Shown piece after piece: positions 13,891 to 24,754 of a stretch of DNA of 64,000 bases. A program made the position numbers and the translations under genes. This DNA is from Tubulanus polymorphus (taxonomy: Eukaryota > Animalia > Nemertea). How positions within the stretch are numbered: position 1 is the stretch's first letter; each line of letters begins with the position of its first letter. The DNA lies in the NCBI RefSeq assembly GCF_964204645.1, contig NC_134027.1, positions 124,001-188,000 on the forward strand, in the 5' to 3' direction. The notes below the pieces were generated by a model. That model ran no database searches. It saw only the letters and a program-made list of their open reading frames with translations, and was not told where the DNA came from.

Positions 13891-14924
13891 CCTCTCAGAC
13901 TGTCACTTTATAAAATGACGTTTGATAGGGCCATTTGACGGCCAATATGACAAACTATGAGCTTGACGTGATAGTTGGTGGTATATGTGTCTGTCATGAA
14001 ATACACGTGATATACACGTATAATAGACGTGAAATACACGTGAATAAACGTGAAATTCACGTGATTCGTGTCATCAGATAAATTTAATTAAATAACTCGG
14101 TGACGCGACACGGATTCTGAGATTAAAGGACACCAACATACATATATACATATATACAGTTTAACAGCAGCCGCGGCAGCAGCAGCAGCAGCAGCCTCAT
14201 TTATCAATGATCTCAATCCCTCTGTCTGAATTCATTCAATTAACCAATCACCTTCTTTTTGTAGCGGTGTGAAAAATGTATTTCTAAGATCGCATCTCGA
14301 CTCCGGTTCGAGTTGAGGAGAGGCTTATATCAAATCTGTATTATGGAGATTGATGATGATTTTCTGGCGACGTTTCGTGTGCGAATTTATTCTTCGTCTT
14401 GATTTATTCGTATCGTCGTTTCGGGCTAATCTGCGGCTCGTGGTATCAATTTCATTACAACCTCATCTCATCCAACACTTGCCCTCATCACCCCCCCCTC
14501 CTCACCCCTCCCCCTCCCCGCCATAGGAGTACTCCCAATACAACCATAATTCAAATATACATTATAAATTTGCCATCCAAATAGTTTCGGTGTGTTATAA
14601 TTATTTTGTTTTAATTTGTTATATGACTCGACAGTGGAACAGTTGTGAGTCTAGAATCCAACTCTCAAAGTCAAATAATCAGTCATTTTAGGTCAAACTA
14701 CTCAAAACTGTGGAACTGGATGCAGAAATATTCTGTCAGATGCTAGCTGTGATATGCGGTGATAATGTTACAGTGCAGTACTGTTTATACCGTATATAAA
14801 TTACCCTTCATTATTTTGTATCAAATCTTAGTTTGATCAATTAATAGAATTCAGAAAAATGTCCACGGAAAAATTGTCCCAATTTGTGAAGGAAAAAAAA
14901 AGTTAATAGTAATTATTTAATGTA

Positions 14925-15115
14925 TATGAGTTTCTTTGTTTTGGATTGTAGATATTTCTCATAATTTTTCTAAAACATTAGTTTCCTATGAAGATAACTA
15001 TTAAGATATAAAACTCGAAACGCATCAGAATAAACTGCGCTAAGCTCAAGGAAACTTTTCGTGCTCTTTATATTTTCACTGTTGGATGATTATGATCACG
15101 GACTCTGAATGTTTC
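14925..15115 (+). mobile_element. Decayed Penelope-like pLTR remnant with degenerate hammerhead
   Basis: Aligns with 50321-50476 (TGGATTGTA...CTCATAATTT...TGAAGAT.ACTATTA.GATATA...CGAAACG...AATAAACT); core mutated to ATGAAGA. Confidence 0.6.
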
Positions 15116-16753
15116 ATCTCGACGGTAGTTTTACAGTAGATTTAATTCATAACAACACGATATCGATCTGCTGTATGAATATATAACGCGTCACTAGTTG
15201 TAACGGTGTTTGATGTGTATTATCACCCGATGATCATTAAACCGTGTGATTGTATTTTACGCTCCTTTTACGCCTAACGTTTAGGAATAATATCAAACTA
15301 TTGAGATATCATAAAAATAACAATTGATATCTCGAGGTACTTGAGACATCGCCGAGTAAAAAAGTGAAGTCAAGATGGGTGATTATATTTCTCAGGAAAT
15401 ACTCGGAACTCATGTTGCGATTTTAGATTGGATTTTCTCTTTGTTAGTTCACGATGATTTCCGTGTTTTGTGAAACGATCTCTGTGTTTTTTCTAATAGA
15501 CTGCTGCATACATTGAGCGAAGATCGATTTTTATATGAAACTAGACACAATCTCAATAACTAAAACATCCATAGTCTTCGACATCAGTTGCGATTGTCAA
15601 TAGTTAGAGTCAACTCAAAACTGTGCACAGTCGTCCAGTCATCCAGTCATCCCATGCGGTGGAAGTGTGCGTGAGGTGTGCGGGTGGTGTGCGTGAGGTG
15701 TGCGTGGGATGTGCACGAATGTATCTAAAACGCAGTTTTCGGATACTGATCCGTTCGAATCTGGTCGGATTCAATTTTACTGTGAAAAGTTGTCACTTAA
15801 TTTCCAAAATTCAATTTGATGAATCTATTTTTGATACCTGTTCAATTCATTGATTAAACCGATGCGTCACGTGTCGCTGTCACGTGATACTGCAGCAGAC
15901 GGCTTTTGTCGCCCGTTTTCAGAAGAAAGACAAAACCGGCGCCGATGAATTTCAATTCGTGGACATGAAAAATTCATTACTAAGTAGGAAAATGTAGTGA
16001 GTGCGACAACGCGGCTTCACCCCCCGTTAAAGCTTAGGTAATAAAACCAGGCTTATGTGAGCTGCAACTCAGCTGTTTTATGGAGGCTGGATGCAGTCAT
16101 CCCGACTATCTATCCATCATCTTACCGCAGTGGTGAGAGATGCTGTCAGGTAATCTCGGATTGCCGCTTCTAACCGCTCGATTTCAATTTCAAATCCAAC
16201 CACGTGCAATCAATTTATTTTCTTTTTTCAATACAAGATTTTATATATATGAAACGAACTGAAACGGGAAAAGTTTGGATATTTTTCGAACGAAAAAAGA
16301 AAGGTTGATTTCAAATGCTGCCAGAATTTACATTTTTCTTCAATTTCAAATTCGGATAATTGAAAATGGAAGACGTCGAGGGGGGCATTTATTCATAAAT
16401 TCATCTTACTTTGAACGTGAAGTAATTCGATTTTATCGCATTCGAAACTGATTCGATTAAAGAATTGAATTATAATCGATTAAACCTAGCGATTTGAAGC
16501 GGTAATAAAGAGGAATGAGCGTTTAGGGAATCTGCGCGATCGAGACTCCCGTGTGTGAATATTATATCCACATCTGAGCCGAATCTGATAAAACACAAGC
16601 TGCATTTAAAAACAGATCAGCACCGATAAAAAGTAGGTCGACTTGCGACGCGACGCGATCGGTTGCAGACTCTGGCATGCGATTGTCAGCGACGCAGTGA
16701 GAGATCTGTGCAGGCTGTGACTGTGGCGGTTGCGTCGTAAGCAGAATCTATGA

Positions 16754-17017
16754 CAGGGTCCGATCTAAGCACTTGTACGATTGCCCGGGCCAAAGTATAT
16801 TCTCATCAGGGCAAGTAGGTTATCATTATCACTTGTCTCCCGGGCTAGTGCAGTGCAATTTTATGTCACAAAGCTTTTTCCACACTAGATACAACGGATG
16901 ATAGTGCCACCAATCGGACTGTCTGTGTAGGGCAAGTAGCTTTTTAAGGGGGCTAGCGAAATTTCAGATACGCTTGCCCCCCGGGCAAGTGGCTTTCATT
17001 CCTTAGATCGGACCCTG
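16754..17017. mobile_element. 264-bp MITE, hAT-like termini, 5-bp TSD
   Basis: Perfect 16-bp TIR CAGGGTCCGATCTAAG / CTTAGATCGGACCCTG; TATGA on both flanks (16749-16753, 17018-17022); internal GGGCAAGT/TTGCCC subterminal repeats. Confidence 0.9.
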
Positions 17018-17308
17018 TATGAACATGCGCGACTGATTGCAACTCGGATCGCTGGCAGTCGCTAGGGCCTATAGGTCGACTGCGGGTCGTTGGCGGTCAA
17101 TGAAATCCATCAGGTAGTAGAGGGGCAGGCAGGTGGACGGGTCAACGGTGAGGCTGTCAGTCGCGACAGAAAACTGCATCGCAGCGAGTCGCGAGGCCGG
17201 TTTGACCTAATCGCCATTATCTACAGACGTCACATGTGTTGTTCGTCGTTAACTATGGCTTAGCCGCTTACAGTTTACAGTCGACACAACGCGCCGATAT
17301 TACAAGCG

Positions 17309-17380
17309 GCGTTCGTGGTGTAAAGGTTAGCATCGTTGCCTTCCAAGCAGTGGATCCGGGTTCGATTCCCGGCGAACGCA
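17309..17380 (+). tRNA. tRNA-Gly (anticodon TCC)
   Basis: 72-nt cloverleaf: acceptor GCGTTCG/CGAACGC, anticodon arm GTTGC-CTTCCAA-GCAGT, T arm CCGGG-TTCGATT-CCCGG, discriminator A; T-runs downstream. Confidence 0.96.
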
Positions 17381-19532
17381 CGAATTTATTTTTCAATTTT
17401 TTAATCACGACCGGGTTGAAGGGGTTTGAATTAGTGGTGAATAATCGATTTTATCGCATCCTAAACTGATTCGATTGAAGAATTCAATTCTAATCGATTA
17501 AACCTAACGATTTAAAGTGGAACTGGATCCTGAACTGTGGAACTGGGTCCTAGAATGCGGAACTGGGTCCTGAACTGTGCACTACGTCCTGGGGGTATAT
17601 TCCAGTGTTTTATCACTGCCTTTACTTTGCTCTTTCATGCAAAATGCTGCACTCGGCAATATTTCCACACAATCCGTATTTTCGAAGCTAATTTCCACTG
17701 AAATCGAACGATAACTAGCTACAATTTCTGTGAACAATTCGTCCATTATTTACCGTCAAGGCGACAACAGTATCTGTAGCCTCCGGTCATAATTAACAAT
17801 CTATTCAAATAAATTACTGATACAAGAAATTAACGTTTCTTTAAGAATGCCTCTCGCACCCCCTCCCCGCACCCCCTAACAAGAATCATTATGATTTGAA
17901 GAGCTCGCCATGCTCGATACAGAGAGATTCACGCGAACGGACAAGACGGGACCAATTCAATAAAAACAAGAGAGAGAGATATTAGAGATTTACAGATGAA
18001 ATGAAATTGTCACGGAAGATGCTGTTAATAGTTCCTACATCAAAAGGAAGTAAATTTACGAGTAATTTTCCGCACGACGGAACAAATTTGTAATTTCACA
18101 AGGCGCCATCTTGCTATTGAATTATGTGTCGCGATAAATGAATGTCATGAAATGCTATTTGAACCAGTGAGTGAAAATCGATTTATGTTACATTATAATC
18201 CACACCCCCTACGCGCCCTCTCCTCCCTCCTCCCTCCCGCGTGCTGCGAAGATCTGTTAGTTCTTGTTGTGGAAATCATTTCTCATTTTAGTTGTATATA
18301 TGATCAATGATGTTTATAATGAAATTTATTGAACGCCATAATCCATCCAGAGACCATCTAAAATCGAGTAACTCAACTACCAATCGACATTGGGGAGCTT
18401 GAAACTAACGGACCATCCTGAAACAAGTATTGGGGAACTTGAAACTCGAGGACCATGCAGATTAGAGGGGAGCTAGAAACTGAGAGGTCATGGAGAAATA
18501 AGTTTGAAACTTAAGACTGGTTTCAGTTCCACAATTCTTAGAATTTGCGTCTAGCTATGGATTAAACTTTGGGAATGAACCAATTTTGAACCAAGGCGCT
18601 TACATAATCGCAACTTCAGAGCTGACATATATCTGCTGTTTTCCTTACTAACAGTTGAAAATGATGATTATTAATAAGAGCTGATTCTATAGATTAGTTC
18701 TAGAGATATTAACTTATCGGGCTAAAAGACACAGAGTGAATAGGGTTATTGCTCCACCACCGATCTCTGTAACCACCAGTAATTACATTTATCATGCATG
18801 CACACCCATTTTCACAACTCATTCATGAATATTATACCGAAAATTAGATGAAAAATCTGCTTATATTTTTCATAGACTGCATGTGTTTATTTTTGTTTCT
18901 GTTAGAAATTAGGACTAATAAGTTTGGACAAAAATTCGGACTTTATTGAAAACAGATGCATTTAATGCAGTTGCTCGTATTTGAGAACTCTTGCTTTTTT
19001 CTGAAGGAAAGATATATCGAATAAAGTTGCTGCTATATTGACTGAATATTTCTCCCTTGAGAGATTCATCCGCAGTCATAGAATCAACCGACTGCAATTT
19101 ACAGTTTATTACTGATAATAAATTCACGCCCTGTAGTAGGTGATAATATCATGAGATTATCAGATTACAATCTCAATAGAATCTCAATAGGAATTGAGAT
19201 TAAAAATAATGCAATTATGTACACCCCTGAAACGCCTTATACAGATGTGACTAAATCTCAGGTGATCATAATTCCCCTCTCCCTCCCCTCTTCCTCTCCT
19301 CTCCCTCTCCCTCTCCATCGGTTCATCTCAATCTTATAATTGGATTATTAATTGAAGAAGCTTCTCTGAATGTTAATTAAGATGAACGACGCTTAGCGAA
19401 AAATATGTCGATCTTTTCGTGGAGTGCAGAAAATTGCTTCAAGTCTGTGATAATATTAAGTGATGCTATCAAAGATTTTCTTCGCAAGGAATGAAGACGG
19501 TTAAACAGTTCGGGCAAGTCATCTGATGAGAT

Positions 19533-19600
19533 CACACTACACACTACACACTACACACTACACACTACACACTACACACTACACACTACACACTACACAC
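19533..19600. repeat. (ACACT)n microsatellite
   Basis: ~13 pentamer copies. Confidence 0.95.
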
Positions 19601-22600
19601 TTCAGCCGTGGAAATGTAATCTTTTGAATAATGTTAAAGTCTATTATATTCTCTCAAATTAATGGTTACTAATGTTAATATTGAGACGATTAATTTACGA
19701 AATAATAATTTAAACAACCTCCCTTGAAGTAATGTGCAGGAAAGACTTCTTTTCTCGCTCAGACTCAACTAACTTGTTTTCATCTGATGCATACCTTGAC
19801 CCAGTTCCACAGTCGTGAGTTAAAGTTAGTTTATTTTCAATGAGTTAAATCTTAACAACTCCGGAACTGGACCACTTCTGTTTTATGTATTTGTTCACAC
19901 GTGACGTTGTTCTCTAACTCATGTCTTTTGATTTTAATCCGTGATGAATAAATTGCATTTACAATCTTTATATTCATATTTACAGTTTTCAAGAACTTTT
20001 CATCTTTAGCGAAATTTATTGTGAGATTTTTCTTATATATTCGTTATACACGTGATATTGTCGTTTTCTCGACTCAAGTGGATTTAGATTTTCAGACTTT
20101 CTTTACTGGTGATATTTTCTAACGATGTTAGATTTTCTCGCACGCGATTTAATGGACACAAACACTATTACTATACGTGAAACCGATGATGATCGATTCT
20201 CTGAGTTCTGATGCGATCCCGAGGACGTTTTCCATTATATGCTCTTTCATTCAGCGTAAATTATAAGGCGAAGCGATGATGACCAACTCGGGGCCAGAAT
20301 ATCATTAATTGTCTGCAAAGAGATGATATCAACGCCGAGAGCTCATCTCTGAACTCCGTTACATTTCACTGAACCAGAATATTAACCCGTTATAAAAAAA
20401 ACCTACGTTTATCTTTGCTCGAGCCAGGTCCCCCTTTGGAAGATATAAATTACGACAGTCCGGTCGTCACGGGGTCACCAGGGGCTCGTCGAACTCGACA
20501 GAATTTCTATCAGTACTGTTTCTATTAATCATTCAATTAACGCGTATATGTCTCACAGGTGCCGGGACCAGTGTCGGATTATGATATCAATTTGGACAGT
20601 TAATTCAGTCCTCAGCGACACGACGCTGAACGTCCTGAGAACCGTAGTGTTAATCCGTATAGGCGACGAGTGTTTATTGTCTATGAGAGTGTCCACACTC
20701 GGGAATCGAAATGACTATTCCGTTTAAACTGAACGTACTATACACAGACTGCTGCGCATACATATTTCAGAGTTTGTTAATTCATTGAAAACAACAAAAA
20801 AAATCATTGAGATAGAAGAAGAGTTTTGTATATTTTCCTAAAGTCGAGCAGCAGGTATCAATCTGCAGCCTGGACGTACTTTACGCAGACTAATGCTGCA
20901 TATTTCAATATACGTTTATCAGAGTTTTTAAATTCATCGATAATTTTTTCTTTTAATGTCTTTCAATTTCTAAACTATCTTTGCTGATTGTGAGGTTTGT
21001 TTTAAAATGTCTTATAATTTTCTGGAGTGGAGTTCTACATTGTAGGCAAATAAATTATTATTGCTATTATAATTATGGGAATAACAAAGAAATTCATTGA
21101 GATAAAAGTACGGATACAATCAGCATTAAGAGTGAGTTCAGATCTCACAAAACTGAATTATCCAACATTAATTCGTTACATCTCAAATTTCTGTAAAAAT
21201 TATGGTAATTGCGGGTCCCCGGGGACGCGGAGTGTAAACGAAAAACGTTTGGTCAAAACTTGAGTCGGGTGAAACTGTCAGTGGACATATTGCCTTCGAT
21301 ACGAGACGTTTGTCTAAGACAATAACATCATTAATTCAAAAACCTGTGAAGATGGACGACGACAGCGGAATCGACGCCAGGGAATAAAATGGGATATTTT
21401 TCTGTGACTAATCGGACGCTATGACCTGTCATTTATTAAATGATGATTTAATTAAACGCATCTCAAAAGACATTAGTTAGATCTACAGACACAGACAGAG
21501 AGAGGGGAGAGGGGAGTGAGAGGAGAGAGTGGAGAGAGGGGGAGAGGGGAGTGAGAGGAGAGAGGGGAGTGAGAGGAGAGGGGAGAGAGAGGAGAAATAT
21601 TGCTTCTTTATCTTAGCCTGAATTTATGCATATTTTGAAGAGAAAGATTTATTACTGGAATTTTCAAATAAAATGTTTTATGTCTATCATAATTCTGAAG
21701 GTTCAGACCCAGGCTCCAGTTACAGTCATGAGTTACGATAGTCTAGAAGTTATCATAAATCATAAAAGTGATCACAAGTTGTTATATTGACTGGAGAGAC
21801 TGGTCTGGCCTGCAATCAAAGCGATGACTATATTGTTTCTGACTCCAGGGCGGCTCGATACCAACCAGTCGGGACCAACAATAAAACCCGGTCGAATTGA
21901 CATTGGTCATGTCTAACAACTTACAACCGGTCTTAAGAATAAAACATATTTGCTCGTTTCCTGGGATTAAGACTAATCTCTGTAATAATCTGCGGATTAG
22001 TGATAGGGATTATCCATCATTTTTATTACTGATATTTAGTGTTAATTACACGAGAGAATCTAATTATTCATCAGTTTGGTGTTTACATTAGATTCCTGCC
22101 AGAATCCAGATAAACTCTATAGACCATCATCATCACCCCCTCCCCCCCTGACTGCGGGAACACAGACCATAAATTCTCAAAACAATTTCCATATACCTAA
22201 TGACGTTTTGGCGATACATCTTAACAATCACACTACACAATTACACGCACTCACCCTCGCAAAATTACACGCACTCACCCTCGCAAAATTACACGCACGG
22301 AAATATACACTAAAATACACGCAGAAATTCATATTTCATCTCGTTTTAGATGGGATGAAATATTTTCGTGGATTTCAATAAAAGCCACAGAATCGACAAA
22401 AATCAACGACCGGCGAAAATAAACGGCGTCCGCCACTCGCTCGTGCGGGATCAGATAATAAAACACATCGGTTGTAATTAGGATGAAGTTAATGTGAATT
22501 TATGAAGAGTCGTTGATTACCTTTGATGTGTGTTTTTTATCATTAGACAGACCAGCTGTTTCTATAACTACATCCTTCTAGTCTAATAAATACCCTTACC

Positions 22601-23267
22601 CCAGCTCACGCCCCCTAGCGGAAAAATTAAAAATTGAATTCTCTGCTATCGAGACAATTCATTTTTGTAAAATATACAAGGTGAAGGTGAAATCATTCTC
22701 AAAAGGTGGCCATGAATTCGGTAGTTTTTGTGGTCTAAAAATCTCGCTAGGTCAGTTTTAGATTGTTCTGTTAATAGCATGTGAGATAAAAGGTCTCCGT
22801 GTTATTGAGATGACGTCTCTGTGGGGCTCAGTTCTGTACACGAGAATTTCACTATGAAACAGCGACAGCGACTAGAATATAGTTTTATTCATACAACCAT
22901 CATATCTATTACAACCACGGAAAACAACACAAAAACACGGAAAATAAAGTTCGATCGCTCCTTTTCGTGACGTAGAAACTTTTAGAGAACCTCAAATAAA
23001 CGGCAGAATTTTCATTTGGAAAATATTGACGTCACTTTCTATGGCTATAAATAAATCCGTTGAAAACCTCTCCTTTATAAATATATGAATGTAGTTGAAT
23101 TTATGCACACGTTCCGCAACTTATTTCATCAGTAGTGAATGGAAGCAGTTTATATTAACACGAAGAGAATATTTCTAGATTTAATTTACGTCTCATTCAC
23201 TGAAAGTTTTACTGATGAATTCATTCAAATTTAACACAATAGGAAAATCAAATGGTTGAAAAGTCAG

Positions 23268-24323
23268 ATGTTTGATTACAACATTACCAGTACAAGTGTT
23301 ACATTGACGACACCTCGACTCAACCTGTGTCAGAGTGTTCAAACTCGCCCTGTTAAATGGTTTTACAAATTCAATGTTTTAGTATATCTAGGCTGGTATC
23401 TACCGGGGTCAGTACTAGGTTTGATATTCAACGCATTCACGTTGTTAGTTCTAAAACGATTTAAATCTGATGTTTATTTTCTCATCAAAATTCTCGCTGT
23501 AAACGATCTTTTGTTTATGATCGCTACATTCATTTTGTATCCGCTGAGAACTGCGTACATTTACGCCGTTTTGGGGGATTTTCTGTTTCGCGTAGATGAC
23601 TGGCATTTTGGTTGGATTTTTATCTCAGTCGCTTTGCCGTTTTTCTACATATTTCAGATGACACGTAACTGGTGCACTGTACTGCTCAGTCTAGAGCGGT
23701 TAATCGTCGTATTGTTTCCTATAAAATCTCGTAAATTTCCCAAGAAGTTGATATCAGTTTGGGCGATGGTGTTTATTTCATTGTTAGGTTTTTGTGGTCA
23801 TTTTATTCAATTTATACGAGGTCATAGTTTGGGATTCTTGAACTGTCCCTCATATTGGCCGTATATCATGATACGGGCTAAACAATATTATCCTAAATGG
23901 GTTAGACAAATGTTTTATGAATGGCGTTACATAACATCAGAGCGCTATTTATTCCTGTATCTAACTGCTATTCTTCCGATTTGTATTTTGATTTTCACCA
24001 ATGTAATTCTAATTTCGGTGATATTTTACCGTCGGGTTACTCGACGTTCACAGCTCGGTGTAACTGATGAATCGTCTAGAAGGGAAATGAGGGTTTTGAG
24101 GATGGTTTTATCAGTAGTTTTATTGTTTATTATTTGTGAAGGGTTTGGTTTTATCGACCGCGTGATGGGATCGCTTGTCAACCGTATAAGACAAATATCG
24201 TTAGGATTTTCTATCATTGATTCGTCAGTAAATTTTATCGTGTATTGCGCGACAAATGATAAATTCAGAAAAGAAGCAATTCATATTTCATTTATTTATT
24301 TCCTGAATAATTTACATCAATAA
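23268..24323 (+). CDS. Single-exon rhodopsin-class 7TM GPCR (FMRFamide-receptor-like/chemoreceptor-like), copy 1; last 11 aa derived from the LINE 3' end
   Basis: 351 aa from first ATG; seven hydrophobic segments; TM1 GLIFN, TM2 LAVND, TM3 SLERL, TM5 LP, TM7 SSVNFIVY followed by KFR; N-terminal NIT sequon; paralogous to 51963-53054. Confidence 0.9.
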   Translation: MFDYNITSTSVTLTTPRLNLCQSVQTRPVKWFYKFNVLVYLGWYLPGSVLGLIFNAFTLLVLKRFKSDVYFLIKILAVNDLLFMIATFILYPLRTAYIYAVLGDFLFRVDDWHFGWIFISVALPFFYIFQMTRNWCTVLLSLERLIVVLFPIKSRKFPKKLISVWAMVFISLLGFCGHFIQFIRGHSLGFLNCPSYWPYIMIRAKQYYPKWVRQMFYEWRYITSERYLFLYLTAILPICILIFTNVILISVIFYRRVTRRSQLGVTDESSRREMRVLRMVLSVVLLFIICEGFGFIDRVMGSLVNRIRQISLGFSIIDSSVNFIVYCATNDKFRKEAIHISFIYFLNNLHQ

Positions 24324-24754
24324 ATAGATACCAGACAAAATTACAATAGATGATTAATTTGGTTCATACAAAATATATATAAACTGATGTAAAATAACAG
24401 CAGGGCAACCAGAGGAAAGCAGAGCTTGTAATATCAGGCACCCCAAAAGGAACAAATAGAGATGAAATACGCACGATACACACGCACACACACTCGCAAG
24501 CAAGCAGCACACACGCACACACCAAAACACCCACCACATATAAGAAAACCACACACATATATTCACACACATTTACAAATAGACACACACACACACACAA
24601 AAATCTATACATATAAATACATAAAGTTATACCTTGGAGTTTATTCCAAGGTTATACATACATCATATGAGCGTAAGTAAGTACCATTTGAGAAGGTCAT
24701 TGCACCTTATACATTATTATCATTATTATTATTTTCATGAATAAACTGTAACGA

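Noticed and set aside
13285-13938. Leu/Ser/Pro-rich ORFs in several frames
   Set aside because: Translation of a CT-rich tandem repeat; open in all frames.
23256-23267. TTG starts given by the ORF track for both GPCRs (23256, 51936)
   Set aside because: Eukaryotic genes; homology between the copies' reading frames begins at the shared ATG (MFDYNIT).
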